Below, piece after piece: positions 38,900-49,879 of a DNA stretch of 53,935 bases. Position 1 is the first letter of the stretch. Every line of letters begins with the position of its first letter. The notes beneath the pieces were generated by a model, which had not been told where the DNA came from, searched no databases, and saw nothing but the letters and a program-made list of their open reading frames with translations. Location of the stretch: assembly GCA_046583315.1 (NCBI GenBank), contig JAYGCN010000317.1, forward strand, positions 1-53,935, given 5' to 3'. This DNA comes from Candidatus Hydrogenedentota bacterium (GTDB lineage Bacteria > Hydrogenedentota > Hydrogenedentia > Hydrogenedentales > GCA-2746185). The position numbers and the translations under genes are program-made.

Positions 38900-40666
38900 A
38901 TGAAAACGATCAAAATTGGCTGCGCGTCGGGTTTCTGGGGCGACTCCAACATGTCTACGCCTCAATTACTCGCATCAAAAGAACTGGATTTTCTGGTATT
39001 CGATTACCTCGCCGAAATTACCATGTCCATCATGGCCCGTCAGAAAGACAAGAACCCGGAATTCGGCTATGCCCACGACTTCGTATCCAAAGTCATGCTT
39101 GACGCATTGCCCGAAGTCGCCGCGCAAGGCGTCAAAGTCATCTCAAACGCAGGCGGCGTGAATCCCGAATCCTGCGGACGCGCTCTCGAAAAAGTCATCG
39201 AAGAGCTCGGCCTCGATTTGAAAGTCGCAGTCATTACTGGTGACGACCTGATGGGACGCGTGGAAGAATTGCGGGACCAAGGCATCACCGAAGCGTTCAC
39301 GGATACGCCCATGCCCGAAACCTTCATGAGTATGAACGCCTATCTCGGAGGATTTCCCGTAGCAGAAGCTCTCGCAAAAGGTGCTGACATCGTGATCACC
39401 GGGCGCGGCGTGGACAGCGCAGTCACGCTCGGTGCCTGCATACACGAATTCGGATGGAAAGCCGATGACTACGATGAACTCGCAAGTGGCAGTCTCGCTG
39501 GTCATATCATCGAATGCGGTGCTCAGGCGACCGGCGGACTCTTCACCGACTGGGATCTCGCGGAGGATTGGTCAAACATTGGATACCCCATCGTCGAAGT
39601 CAGCGAAGACGGTAGCTTCATTGTTGGCAAGCCGGAAGGCACAGGCGGTATCGTCTGCCCGGGCGGTGTGGCCGAACAAATGGTTTACGAAATCGGCGAC
39701 CCTCAGGCCTACCACTTGCCCGATGTCGCGTGCGATTTTTCACAGGTCGAAATCACGGAGGTCGGCGATCAGAAAGTGAAGGTCACCGGCACAAAGGGGT
39801 CCAAACCCACTGACACACTGAAAGTCTCTGCGACATATTTCGATGGCTATCGCGTCATCTGCGGCGTGACGATTCGTGGCATCGAAGCAGAAGGGAAAGC
39901 GCGCAAGACACTCGAATCGGTTGTCAAACGTTCGCGCCGCATGCTCAAGGAAAAAGGTGCCCCTGATTTTACCGAAATACACATGGACTTCGTGGGTGCC
40001 GAATCGGAGTATGGTAAACACGCACATATCAAAGGCGTACGCGAAGTCTGGGGACGTCTCGGCGCGAAACATGCAAGTCCCGACGCGTTGACACTGTTGC
40101 TGCGCGAAATGACCTCCACCGGAACCTCCATGTCACCGGGCACCACTGGCGGCGGCGGTCGCGCAAAACCCTCGCCGGTAATCCGCCTGTTCTCGTGTTT
40201 CGTAGACAAGGCCAGCATGAAACCGATGGTGCATTTCCAAGGTGAAAGCTGGGAGGTCCCCTTGGCCGAAGGAGCAGCCTTCGACGCGAGTTCAATCACC
40301 CGACCCACACCGGAAAGCGGCACACCGGACGACGACTGCACCGAAGTCCCGTTAATCACCATCGCCCACGGACGCAGCGGCGACAAGGGCAATAATGCAA
40401 ACATCGGCATCATCGCACGTAAGCCGGAGTTTTACCCGATTATTCGCGACCAGATTACCGAAGAGGTCGTCGCCGACTTTTTCGAACATTTCCTGAACGG
40501 CGGCGTTGACCGCTTCGACCTGCCCGGTATTTGCGGCATCAATTTCTTGTTGCACGAAGTTCTGGGCGGCGGCGGAATGGCGAGCTTACGTCATGACCCC
40601 CAAGGCAAGGCCTACGCGCAGATGCTTCTCGACTATCCCGTGCGCGTGCCAAAAGCACTACTCTAA
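38900..40666 (+). CDS. atuA: Acyclic terpene utilization protein AtuA (DUF1446)
   Basis: IGCASGFWGDS, FDYLAEITMSI, NAGGVNP, NAYLGG, GHIIECGAQATGG, AHGRSGDKGN, DPQGKAYAQMLL. Confidence 0.9.
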   Translation: MKTIKIGCASGFWGDSNMSTPQLLASKELDFLVFDYLAEITMSIMARQKDKNPEFGYAHDFVSKVMLDALPEVAAQGVKVISNAGGVNPESCGRALEKVIEELGLDLKVAVITGDDLMGRVEELRDQGITEAFTDTPMPETFMSMNAYLGGFPVAEALAKGADIVITGRGVDSAVTLGACIHEFGWKADDYDELASGSLAGHIIECGAQATGGLFTDWDLAEDWSNIGYPIVEVSEDGSFIVGKPEGTGGIVCPGGVAEQMVYEIGDPQAYHLPDVACDFSQVEITEVGDQKVKVTGTKGSKPTDTLKVSATYFDGYRVICGVTIRGIEAEGKARKTLESVVKRSRRMLKEKGAPDFTEIHMDFVGAESEYGKHAHIKGVREVWGRLGAKHASPDALTLLLREMTSTGTSMSPGTTGGGGRAKPSPVIRLFSCFVDKASMKPMVHFQGESWEVPLAEGAAFDASSITRPTPESGTPDDDCTEVPLITIAHGRSGDKGNNANIGIIARKPEFYPIIRDQITEEVVADFFEHFLNGGVDRFDLPGICGINFLLHEVLGGGGMASLRHDPQGKAYAQMLLDYPVRVPKALL

Positions 40667-40716
40667 AATTCGAGGGCATGCCCCTCAAGTAAGTTAACGA
40701 AGGAGAACCAAACAGA

Positions 40717-42348
40717 ATGCCCGTATTAGAGTCCAAACTCGATACCCGTTCCGACGCCTTTCAGAAAAATTTGGCCGACATGAACGAAATGCTGGCCATT
40801 ATCGAAGGCCTGCTCAAAGAAGTCGCGGAGGGCGGCGGTGAGGAAGCGATTGCTCGCCTCCGATCGCGCGACAAGATGCCAATTCGTGAACGCATCAGCC
40901 ACGCGCTAGATCGCGATACACCTTTCCTCGAAATCAGTCCCCTCGCGGCCTGGTACTCAAACTACACCGTGGGGTCCGGCTTCATCGTCGGCCTTGGTGT
41001 CATCTCGGATACCGAATGCCTGATTCTCGGGCACGACCCGTCCGTACGCGCGGGCGCTTTCAACCCCTTCAACGCCAAGAAGTTGATGCGCGGACTCGAA
41101 ATCGCGCGTGAAAATCGTATCCCCTACGTTCAATTCGTGGAGTCAGCCGGTGCTGACCTGCGTGGTGACGGCGGCAGCGACCCCGAAGCGGACATGAGAC
41201 GCGAAGTAAACCACTTCGCGGAATCGGGGCGGCTTTTCTACGAAATTACCGAGCTCTCCAAGATGCGCATTCCGACGATATCCCTCGTCTTCGGCGCATC
41301 CACCGCAGGTGGCGCTTACCAACCCGGCATGAGTGACTACAACATATTCATCAAAAATCAATCCAAGGTTTTCCTGGGCGGTCCACCCCTGGTGAAAATG
41401 GCCACGGGTGAAGACGCCGACGATGAAAGCCTCGGCGGCGCGGACATGCATACGCAGATTTCGGGTCTTGGTGATTACCTGGCCCTGGATGAGATGGACG
41501 GTATCCGCATGTGCCGTGAAGTCGTCTCGCATCTGAATTGGCGCAAAAGAGGCCCCGGCCCCACGCAACCTGCCGATGAACCGATTCACGATTCGGAAGA
41601 TCTCCTCGGTATCGTGTCGAAGGATCTAAAGTCGGCGCTCGACATTCGCGAAGTCATCGCACGTATTGTGGACGGTTCACGCTTCGAAGAATTCAAACCA
41701 CTGTACGGTCCTACGCTCGTCACCGGCTGGGCCTCCATAGATGGGTACCCGATCGGCATCATTGGAAACAATGGCGCATTGTTCTCTGAATCGGCGGAAA
41801 AAGCGACGCAGTTCATTCAACTGTGTAATCAGATTGACGTGCCCATTGTGTTCCTGCACAACATTACCGGCTACATCGTCGGCACTGAATTCGAGCAAGG
41901 CGGCATCACCAAAAACGGTTCGAAAATGATCAACGCGGTGTCCAACTCGACGGTACCTCATATCTCCATCGTCGTCGGCGCGTCCTACGGTGCCGGGAAC
42001 TACGGCATGAGCGGGCGTGCCTTCGGTCCACGATTTGCGTTTATCTGGCCCACCGCAAAAATCGCGGTGATGGGACCGAAACAGATGGCAGGCGTCATGA
42101 CCATTGTTCAACGTAAAGCAGCTGAACGCCGCGGACTCGAATTTGACGAAGAAAAAGATGCTCAACGCGCCGCAGTGGTTGAACACTGGGCCGAGGAACG
42201 ATCAAAAGGACTCTACGCGACGTCGCGTGTCTCCGACGACGGCATGATTGATCCGCGTGACACGCGCACAGTCATTTCGATGGTATTGTCGGTGTGTCAC
42301 AACGAGACCGTGGAAGGCGCTAAAGGATACGGAACATGGCGGATGTAG
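40717..42348 (+). CDS. atuC: Acyl-CoA carboxylase carboxyltransferase subunit (geranyl-CoA carboxylase beta-like)
   Basis: VESAGADL, STAGGAYQPGMSDY, GGPPLVKMATGE, SYGAGNYGMSGRAF, DDGMIDPRDTR; directly follows atuA. Confidence 0.8.
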   Translation: MPVLESKLDTRSDAFQKNLADMNEMLAIIEGLLKEVAEGGGEEAIARLRSRDKMPIRERISHALDRDTPFLEISPLAAWYSNYTVGSGFIVGLGVISDTECLILGHDPSVRAGAFNPFNAKKLMRGLEIARENRIPYVQFVESAGADLRGDGGSDPEADMRREVNHFAESGRLFYEITELSKMRIPTISLVFGASTAGGAYQPGMSDYNIFIKNQSKVFLGGPPLVKMATGEDADDESLGGADMHTQISGLGDYLALDEMDGIRMCREVVSHLNWRKRGPGPTQPADEPIHDSEDLLGIVSKDLKSALDIREVIARIVDGSRFEEFKPLYGPTLVTGWASIDGYPIGIIGNNGALFSESAEKATQFIQLCNQIDVPIVFLHNITGYIVGTEFEQGGITKNGSKMINAVSNSTVPHISIVVGASYGAGNYGMSGRAFGPRFAFIWPTAKIAVMGPKQMAGVMTIVQRKAAERRGLEFDEEKDAQRAAVVEHWAEERSKGLYATSRVSDDGMIDPRDTRTVISMVLSVCHNETVEGAKGYGTWRM

Positions 42349-42350
42349 TA

Positions 42351-44327
42351 ATGGAAAAAACGATTACCTCTTTATTAATAGCCAATCGCGGAGAAATCGC
42401 GCGGAGAATTATTCGCACAGCACACGCGATGGGAATTCGCACGGTCGCGATTTATGCCGACGGTGATGCGGATGTGCCTTTCGTTCGGGACGCCGATCAA
42501 GCCATTGCACTCGGCGGAAAAACCTCGGCAGAGACGTATCTTGATGTCGACAAAGTGCTGGCCGCCTGCAAACGTGGCGGTGCCGATGCCGTGCATCCGG
42601 GATATGGTTTTCTCGCGGAAAATGCTTCCTTCGCGCAGGCCGTACTGGATGCTGGACTCATCTGGGTCGGGCCATCTCCTGACGCAATTCGTTCGATGGG
42701 TGATAAGTTATCCGCACGTAAACTAATGGAATCCTCAGGCGTACCCATGTTGCCCGCAGCGGAACTCAATGCAGACGATGACGTGGCAGCAGCGGCAGAA
42801 ACAATTGGCTTTCCGGTGCTCGTCAAAGCTTCCGCTGGCGGCGGCGGTAAAGGCATGCGCGTGGTAGAGTCCGCCGATGAGTTGCAAGATGCGATTGACA
42901 GCTCACGTCGTGAAGCAGCCGCCTCTTTTGGCGACGACACAGTCTATCTCGAACGCTGGCTGGCCTCCACCCGTCACGTGGAAATTCAGATTCTCGGCGA
43001 CAACCACGGCAACGTCGTCCACTGTTTCGAACGTGAATGCTCCGTTCAGCGTCGGCATCAAAAAGTCATCGAAGAAGCCCCCTCCTCGGCAGTAACGCCT
43101 GAACTTCGTGAACGCATGGGCGAAGCGGCCGTGTCCGCAGCCAAAGCAATCGGGTATGCCTCCGCCGGCACGGTAGAATTCTTGTTGTGTGGCGACGAAT
43201 TTTATTTCCTTGAAGTAAACACCCGTTTGCAAGTCGAACATCCAGTCACCGAAGAAATTATCGGGCGCGACCTCGTGCGCGATCAATTGCGCGTCGCTCA
43301 AGGCGAAGAATTGGGCTTCGAACAGAGTGATCTCACGATAACAGGCCACGCCATGGAAGCGCGCGTATACGCCGAAGACCCGAGTAATAATTTCCTGCCT
43401 GCACCCGGTACCGTCACCGTGTGGGAAGAATCCACGTCCGCCAAAGCACGTTTTGATTCGGGCGTAGAATCCGGCAGCGAAATCGGTATCGAATTCGATC
43501 CCATGCTCGCCAAGGTCATCGTGCACGCCCCGACCCGTAAGGAAGCGTCCCTTCGACTGGCGCGCGTATTGGAAACCACACGCATCCAGGGCATCACCAC
43601 GAATCGCGATTTCCTGGTCAACACCTTGCGCAACCCAGCGTTTCTCGCGGGAGACACCACCACCGACTTCATCGAACGCATCAACCCCGGAGCAACGCGC
43701 GAAATTTCCAACGAGGAACTCGTCGAGGCGGGTATTGCCGCAACCATGATGGCGCAAGGACGGCGCAGAGACATTGCCAGAGTCCAGCGAACCATCCCCT
43801 CCGGCTGGCGCAACACAGTTATGCCACCCGAAAGCGTGAGCTACACCCATGGCGAAGAAACAGTTCAGGTCGATTATCGAATCCAACGTAGCGGAAAATT
43901 CGCTGTATCGGTTGGCGATGAAAAATATGAGGTATCGATTCATTCTCGCGAGGGCGATGTGATCGAACTGGTGATCAACGATCGCCGTAGCGGTTTTGCC
44001 GTGACTCAGAGCGACAATCATTGGCTCATCCACAGTTTCAACGGCGACGTCGAGCTTGTTGAGCTGCCACGATTCCCAAGCACAGATTCCGAAGGCATTG
44101 CGGGCGGTCTTTCCGCACCCATGCCGGGTAACGTGCAAGCGACCTATGTCTCTGTCGGCGACGCGGTCGAAAAAGGGCAGGTTCTGTTGATTCTCGAAGC
44201 GATGAAGATGGAACATCAGATCACCGCGCCCGAAGCAGGTACCGTAGCGGCATTACACGTGCAGGAAGGCGACCAAGTAGCCAACGGCGAGCTGTTGATC
44301 GTATTGGAAAGCGCAGACTCAGAATAG
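42351..44327 (+). CDS. atuF: Biotin carboxylase/biotin carrier subunit (geranyl-CoA carboxylase alpha-like)
   Basis: LIANRGEIARRI, HPGYGFLAEN, GGGGKGMRVV, RECSVQRRHQKV, LEVNTRLQVEHPVTE and the biotinylation motif EAMKM. Confidence 0.8.
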   Translation: MEKTITSLLIANRGEIARRIIRTAHAMGIRTVAIYADGDADVPFVRDADQAIALGGKTSAETYLDVDKVLAACKRGGADAVHPGYGFLAENASFAQAVLDAGLIWVGPSPDAIRSMGDKLSARKLMESSGVPMLPAAELNADDDVAAAAETIGFPVLVKASAGGGGKGMRVVESADELQDAIDSSRREAAASFGDDTVYLERWLASTRHVEIQILGDNHGNVVHCFERECSVQRRHQKVIEEAPSSAVTPELRERMGEAAVSAAKAIGYASAGTVEFLLCGDEFYFLEVNTRLQVEHPVTEEIIGRDLVRDQLRVAQGEELGFEQSDLTITGHAMEARVYAEDPSNNFLPAPGTVTVWEESTSAKARFDSGVESGSEIGIEFDPMLAKVIVHAPTRKEASLRLARVLETTRIQGITTNRDFLVNTLRNPAFLAGDTTTDFIERINPGATREISNEELVEAGIAATMMAQGRRRDIARVQRTIPSGWRNTVMPPESVSYTHGEETVQVDYRIQRSGKFAVSVGDEKYEVSIHSREGDVIELVINDRRSGFAVTQSDNHWLIHSFNGDVELVELPRFPSTDSEGIAGGLSAPMPGNVQATYVSVGDAVEKGQVLLILEAMKMEHQITAPEAGTVAALHVQEGDQVANGELLIVLESADSE

Positions 44328-44354
44328 TAACGAGTACCACTCCGGAGAACTCTC

Positions 44355-45569
44355 ATGGATTTTCAGTTCAGTGACCGTGTACAGGATTTGCAAGCGCGTA
44401 TCACCGCGTTCATGGATAAACATGTTTATCCGCTGGAACCCTATTACGGCGACCACATTAAAGAGGCTGGAGGCTGGACCACGCCGCCGATCATGGATGA
44501 ACTGAAAGCCAAAGCACGCGATGAAGGCCTGTGGAACCTCTTCATGTCGGGTGATGAACACGGACCTGGACTCAGCATCATGGAATACGCACCGCTTGCG
44601 GAAATCATGGGACGCGTCGCGTGGGCTTCGGAATGTTTCAACTGCTCCGCGCCGGACACCGGCAACATGGAAGTACTCGCACGCTACGGCACACAGGAAC
44701 AAAAAGACGAATGGTTGACGCCGCTGTTGAATGGCGAAATCCGCTCCTGCTTCTCCATGACCGAACCCCACGTAGCCTCCAGCGATGCCACCAACATCGA
44801 ATGCCGAATCGAACGCGACGGCGACGAATACGTCATCAATGGCCGCAAATGGTTTTCCTCAGGATTCACGAACGAACGCTGCAAAATTGCCATTGTCATG
44901 GGTAAAAGCGACCCGCACAACGAAAATCGTTACGTCCAGCAATCCATGATTCTCATCCCCAAAGATACACCCGGCGTAAACAAGGTCCGCGACATTTCCA
45001 CCTTCGGCTATATGGGCATGCCCGGTGGTCACCCGGAAATCGAATTCGACAACGCGCGCGTCCCGGTGACTAACATGTTATTGGGTGAAGGCCGCGGATT
45101 CGAAATTGCCCAGGGACGCCTTGGACCCGGACGCATACACCACTGCATGCGTTTCATCGGCTCGGCTCAACGCGCACTCGAACTCATGTGTCAGCGCGCC
45201 GAGAGTCGTACCGCATTCGGCAAAAAATTGTCCGAGCAAGGCTCCCTCCGTGAAGACATCGCCAAATCCTTCTGTGAAATCGAACAGGCTCGACTGCTGA
45301 CACTCCGCGCCGCTGATCAAATGGATCGGCTCGGCAACCGGGAAGCGCGTGACCTCATCGCCGCGGCGAAGATTGTCGTACCCAAAATGGCCGCGACCGT
45401 AATAGACCGTGCCATACAAGTTCACGGTGCAGCAGGCTTCACGGACGACACATTCTTGCCCAAAGCCTACGCAAGTGCCCGTTTCATTCAGGTCGGCGAC
45501 GGCCCGGATCAGGTCCACATGTCCTCCCTGGCGCGCCAGTTGCTTCGTCGCTACGCTGAGGAAAGCTAA
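44355..45569 (+). CDS. lvaC: ACAD10/11-type acyl-CoA dehydrogenase (LvaC-like)
   Basis: [49 protein letters not shown] and GDGPDQVH (Asp at the catalytic position); adjacent to lvaA/lvaB-like genes. Confidence 0.7.
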   Translation: MDFQFSDRVQDLQARITAFMDKHVYPLEPYYGDHIKEAGGWTTPPIMDELKAKARDEGLWNLFMSGDEHGPGLSIMEYAPLAEIMGRVAWASECFNCSAPDTGNMEVLARYGTQEQKDEWLTPLLNGEIRSCFSMTEPHVASSDATNIECRIERDGDEYVINGRKWFSSGFTNERCKIAIVMGKSDPHNENRYVQQSMILIPKDTPGVNKVRDISTFGYMGMPGGHPEIEFDNARVPVTNMLLGEGRGFEIAQGRLGPGRIHHCMRFIGSAQRALELMCQRAESRTAFGKKLSEQGSLREDIAKSFCEIEQARLLTLRAADQMDRLGNREARDLIAAAKIVVPKMAATVIDRAIQVHGAAGFTDDTFLPKAYASARFIQVGDGPDQVHMSSLARQLLRRYAEES

Positions 45570-45610
45570 AGTCACTGGGATTTCGCGGCATAAGCAGGTA
45601 CAATCGGTGC

Positions 45611-46657
45611 ATGCACGAATCACCGAAAAAAGATCATGCCACGCAGCAACTTCAGGCAGTGCTTGAAGACAAAGTCCGCGAGATTTATGGAAAAGTCGCT
45701 GGAGTCCAACGTCTCGCAAAACTTTCGGCCGGAGCCAGTCGCGAAACCTGGTCATTCGATGTTACCACCAGCGAAGGCACCCTGCTTCCACTCATCCTCA
45801 AACGCGACCCCGTTAATTATTTGGCTGACGGCACGATTTCGAAGGAAACCGCATCGGCCCATTCCGGCATTAGCCGCACGACCGAGGGCCAACTCCTGGA
45901 ACTAAGTCGAAAAGCCGGTGTACCCGGACCCGAAGTCCCCTTCTATCTCGAACAAGACGACCGCACCACGGAAGGCTTTGTCATGCAGCGCCTTGAGGGC
46001 GAAACACTCGGTCGACGTATTCTGCGCGAAAAAGCCTACGCCGATGCGCGCACGAATCTCGCCTACGAATGCGGACAAGCCGCCGCGCGCATACACAACA
46101 TCCCTATTTCCGACGCCCCCGACGAACTCCAGACATTGGGCATCAACGAACAACTCGCCCTTCAACGAGAACAATTACAATCGCACGATCACCCCTACCC
46201 CGGATTCGAGTTTGGATTGCGCTGGCTCAAAGAACGTGTCGAACTCGCGGGTACCCGACACACCCTCGCGCACGGCGATTTCAGAAACGGAAACATCATC
46301 GTCGGCGAAGAGGGTCTACGTGCAGTGCTCGATTGGGAGATCGCCTACCTCGGCAATCCCATGAGCGACCTCGGTTGGATCTGCGTACCCTCCTGGCGTT
46401 ACGGACACATGAAAAAACCCGTCGGCGGCTTCGGCGAAATCGAAGACCTGTTGCGTGGTTACGAAGATGCCAACGGTGGCGAAGCCAGTGCCGAAACGAT
46501 TCACTACTGGATGGTATTCGGCACCCTGCGCTGGGGCGTCATGTGCATCGGCATGGGATTCAGGCATATCAACGGACCACATCCATCATTGGAACACGCT
46601 GCAATAGGCAGGCGCACCGCGGAAACCGAATACGATCTGCTGCACCTGATCGATTAA
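45611..46657 (+). CDS. lvaA: APH-family phosphotransferase (LvaA-like)
   Basis: SAGASRETWSFD, HGDFRNGN, VLDWEIAYLGNPMSDLGWICVPSWRYG, LRWGVMC, EHAAIGRRTAETEYDLL. Confidence 0.7.
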   Translation: MHESPKKDHATQQLQAVLEDKVREIYGKVAGVQRLAKLSAGASRETWSFDVTTSEGTLLPLILKRDPVNYLADGTISKETASAHSGISRTTEGQLLELSRKAGVPGPEVPFYLEQDDRTTEGFVMQRLEGETLGRRILREKAYADARTNLAYECGQAAARIHNIPISDAPDELQTLGINEQLALQREQLQSHDHPYPGFEFGLRWLKERVELAGTRHTLAHGDFRNGNIIVGEEGLRAVLDWEIAYLGNPMSDLGWICVPSWRYGHMKKPVGGFGEIEDLLRGYEDANGGEASAETIHYWMVFGTLRWGVMCIGMGFRHINGPHPSLEHAAIGRRTAETEYDLLHLID

Positions 46658-46672
46658 ACAAGGAGCGACACC

Positions 46673-47035
46673 ATGCCCACCGATAGACCCACCGCAACCG
46701 AGCTCCTGACTGCCGTGCGCGAACATCTCATCAACAACGTCGCCCCCACACTCGAGGGTCAACCCGCATTCCATATGCGCGTCGCCACCAACGCGCTCGC
46801 CATCGTCGAACGCACCATGGAACACGGAGCAACCATGGACAAGGCCGAACACGAAAGACTTCAAGCATTGTTGAGTAAAAAAGGCAATCTGATCGAACTC
46901 AATCAATCATTGGTCGAGAAAATTCGCGCTGGAAAGCTGATCGATAAACACAAAGACGTACTATCTCACCTTCGACAAACCGTCATCGACAAAGTCCAAC
47001 TCGCCAACCCGAAATACCTGACCCCACGCGACTAG
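46673..47035 (+). CDS. lvaB: Small DUF6285-type protein (LvaB-like)
   Basis: DRPTATELLTAVREHL, FHMRVATNALAIVER, NPKY; 120 aa, immediately after the phosphotransferase. Confidence 0.7.
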   Translation: MPTDRPTATELLTAVREHLINNVAPTLEGQPAFHMRVATNALAIVERTMEHGATMDKAEHERLQALLSKKGNLIELNQSLVEKIRAGKLIDKHKDVLSHLRQTVIDKVQLANPKYLTPRD

Positions 47036-48813
47036 TGATGGTCGTACCATATCGGTGACGTGTACGCGCGATCTTGAATCGTGGCATGCAGATCTTCGGG
47101 ATGCGCAATGCCCAGTTCCTTCGCGTCAAACGAGCTCCAACGCGGCGTCGGAATCTCCAGCACACGTACGTAATAAAAAGCGTTCAACGATGCATCGAAA
47201 TTCGGGTCCGTCCACGTTCCCTGCAGTTCCACCGCCCCAATAACATTCGTATACTCCAAGGTATCCAGATTCACGGTATCGCCCACAGCCGGCACTTTGC
47301 CCGTCTTCGAATCAGGTACACGATCATCCGACCACGCAACATCGTAGACATGCTCCTGACTGACACCCTTCTCCGACCAGCCCTTTACAATCTGAATACG
47401 ATCAAGATTCGCACTCTCAGCATCCTTAATCGCCCACACCGCAAAAGTCGGAGCGCCGGCAGTATCGTCCGCCTTCAATTCACCACCCATCGAAACGCCA
47501 TTCGCATACGCCGCCGCCACCCAGCCATCCGAGCCCGGCTTTACATCATCCATATCAAAGCCACCAAAAAACCGAACCTTGATACGCGGCCCACTCGTGC
47601 CCCAGGTTTCCTTACGTCGAAGCGAATCATAAATACTCGTTCGCGTATTCTCTTCCGCCCACACCCCCGCCAGACCAGACGCGCTAAACTTGCGATAATC
47701 CATCGTTATCGGCGGTTTTAACATACGTCGTTCGGCCGAACCATCCAGCTTGCCGACTTTACCCGAATACGTTTCTTCCAAAATAGGCAAAATACCCGTA
47801 TGACTATCCGTTGCAGCCACAATGCCAAAACGAAAAGGATTAAATCCCTCCGTATCCTGAAATTCCAGACCCGTGCGATACGCATCGCGCACATAACTGC
47901 CCTTGAAGCTCGTAATCTGAATGCTCGTCGCCACGCGCTGCTCAACGAGTTCAAAATCCGCGAATTCATCATTCGGACTCAAAATCGGATGCGTCTCCGA
48001 AGTCCCCTTCACCTGCGTGATTTCTACCAGCGGCTCATTGCGATTGCGCTGGTCAGCATAACGACGCGTGAACGGCATATCCTCACTCGTCTCCCGCTCA
48101 AACATACGTCCATCGGAAAGATTCGAGTTGTGCGGAATCGCGAACGCCTCATACCCATCCACCCGAATGTTATCCAGCCAATTCCACAAATCCTCCGGTT
48201 TCTGCGAATCGAGCCGGGTAAAGGGTACGGGGCCGTCGTCCCCCCTGAAAATCACATTGCGATGCAGGTTCTGCCGATCCGGCGTACTCGTCCATTCATA
48301 CGCCACAAAGGTTGTGAATTTTCCAGGATCATTGTGCCGATTCGCCGATTCAACGATGCTTTCCCAGGCTTCCTTCTGCACTTCAGGATTGGTCAGGCCC
48401 GCGAATTGCTTGCCTGCAGCCGAAGCCCTTATGAGATCCATGAACACCGACGAAGCGATATCCGGATCGGGATCATTCACCCGATCAGCCAGTTCGTGTT
48501 TTGAAAGTGGATGCGACTTGTCCCCCATGCGCGCAAACACACCCAAATAGATACCGTGATCCGTGACCGCCATAAAATCCAGTGGACGCGTCAACTGATA
48601 CGTTTTCCCAAGTGGGTGTTGCAGCGGCTCCCCCTTCGCGAATCGATAGGCATCATCCGGCGTCGCGCGCACTCCAAACACATAGGCATCAAAAGACCAG
48701 CCCGTGTGAATGTGCAACTCACCAAACAAAGGTTTTCGATCTGCCTGCGCCATTACCGTGCTGCACATGCCCGCGACCAAAACAACGACAAAAACTCTTC
48801 CAAACATCTTCAT
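47032..48813 (-). CDS. DUF3604 family secreted protein (PHP-like metal-binding motifs)
   Basis: FGELHIHTGWSFDA, LDFMAVTDH, AYEWTS, NLHRNVIFR, IPHNSNLSDG, ETHPILSPNDEFADFE, TDSHT, YYVRVLEIPTPRWS, RAYTSPIWY. Confidence 0.9.
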   Translation of the reverse strand: MKMFGRVFVVVLVAGMCSTVMAQADRKPLFGELHIHTGWSFDAYVFGVRATPDDAYRFAKGEPLQHPLGKTYQLTRPLDFMAVTDHGIYLGVFARMGDKSHPLSKHELADRVNDPDPDIASSVFMDLIRASAAGKQFAGLTNPEVQKEAWESIVESANRHNDPGKFTTFVAYEWTSTPDRQNLHRNVIFRGDDGPVPFTRLDSQKPEDLWNWLDNIRVDGYEAFAIPHNSNLSDGRMFERETSEDMPFTRRYADQRNRNEPLVEITQVKGTSETHPILSPNDEFADFELVEQRVATSIQITSFKGSYVRDAYRTGLEFQDTEGFNPFRFGIVAATDSHTGILPILEETYSGKVGKLDGSAERRMLKPPITMDYRKFSASGLAGVWAEENTRTSIYDSLRRKETWGTSGPRIKVRFFGGFDMDDVKPGSDGWVAAAYANGVSMGGELKADDTAGAPTFAVWAIKDAESANLDRIQIVKGWSEKGVSQEHVYDVAWSDDRVPDSKTGKVPAVGDTVNLDTLEYTNVIGAVELQGTWTDPNFDASLNAFYYVRVLEIPTPRWSSFDAKELGIAHPEDLHATIQDRAYTSPIWYDHH

Positions 48814-48886
48814 GGCGCAACCTCCAGAGTTTGATGAAACTACGATTCTACCCCAAACACTCCCTCACCGTAAAACACACTCAATC

Positions 48887-49879
48887 CTACTGATAAAAGC
48901 CAACAACACGCTCAACCAGCCAATACGAGCCGCAGATACCGATAAACCAGATCGACGCGAATTGCAGAGGAGCCGTATACGGAAATTTAAGTCGCCGCAG
49001 GCCAGCGCCCACCAACAATAACACCAAAATAAACAACACCTGACCCGCTTCGACACCCAGATTAAACGCGAGCAGAGACACCGTCCGCGCATGAGCCGGT
49101 AAACCAAATTCACTAAGCGCGCCCGCAAAACCAAGGCCATGCACCAAGCCAATCACCACCGACACCAACCACGGCGATCGCACCGCAAGCGTCTCAATTC
49201 CCGTCTGCCGATACCGCGCCGATTCAACCGCAAGCAAAACGACACTCAACGCGATGATGGCCTCCACCGGCGGGCCCGGCACCTGAATCACATCCAACGC
49301 CGCCAACCCAAGCGTAATGCTGTGCGCCAACGTAAACCCCGTAATCGCCCAGAGCAAACGCCGCGTTCCGGTTACCAGAAGTATCATACCCGCAACAAAC
49401 AAAAGATGATCCCAGCCGAACAGAATATGCTCCACGCCTAATGCAAGGTAACTTCTGAATACAGACACCCCTCCATCGCGATCGGGAATATGGAATACAG
49501 GCGAACTCGGCCGCACAAGCCCCGTGTAATAACGGCCATCCAAAAACGTCACCTGAACCAGCACATCAATCATCGTTGCCGAAAGATTCGTGAAATGAAT
49601 CTCAGTATTCGCCAGACCCCGCTCGCCCTTGATGGTCCATGAACGAACAGAAGCGCCCGAAGCGAATCCCTCCACCCGCTCCCCATCAAGTCCGAAGGAT
49701 TCCGCAAAAACCAGGTCAATCGCCAATCGTTGATCACCCATCGCCGGCACCTTCCAATGAATCCGATACCGGCCCTGTTCCACCTCAGTCACCTTCAACA
49801 AAGCAGGACGTACTTCATGGGCGACCGAAACCACAGAAACCATCAACGAGGCCACCACAAGAAAAATTCCGCGCGTCAT
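48887..49879 (-). CDS. HupE/UreJ family membrane protein
   Basis: AHEVRPA, LGVEHILFGWDHLLFV, FTLAHSITL, GLVHGLGFAGAL, FNLGVEAGQ. ATGA overlap with the upstream gene. Confidence 0.9.
   Translation of the reverse strand: MTRGIFLVVASLMVSVVSVAHEVRPALLKVTEVEQGRYRIHWKVPAMGDQRLAIDLVFAESFGLDGERVEGFASGASVRSWTIKGERGLANTEIHFTNLSATMIDVLVQVTFLDGRYYTGLVRPSSPVFHIPDRDGGVSVFRSYLALGVEHILFGWDHLLFVAGMILLVTGTRRLLWAITGFTLAHSITLGLAALDVIQVPGPPVEAIIALSVVLLAVESARYRQTGIETLAVRSPWLVSVVIGLVHGLGFAGALSEFGLPAHARTVSLLAFNLGVEAGQVLFILVLLLVGAGLRRLKFPYTAPLQFASIWFIGICGSYWLVERVVGFYQ

Noticed and set aside
42903..44216. 437-aa antisense ORF (also 2707-3435, 5814-6584, 47800-48504 and similar)
   Set aside because: These are shadow ORFs opposite well-supported genes, expected from codon bias, with no recognisable motifs.
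45611..46657. Aminoglycoside resistance gene
   Set aside because: The APH fold sits between ACAD10/11-type and DUF6285 genes, which indicates an acyl-CoA kinase role.
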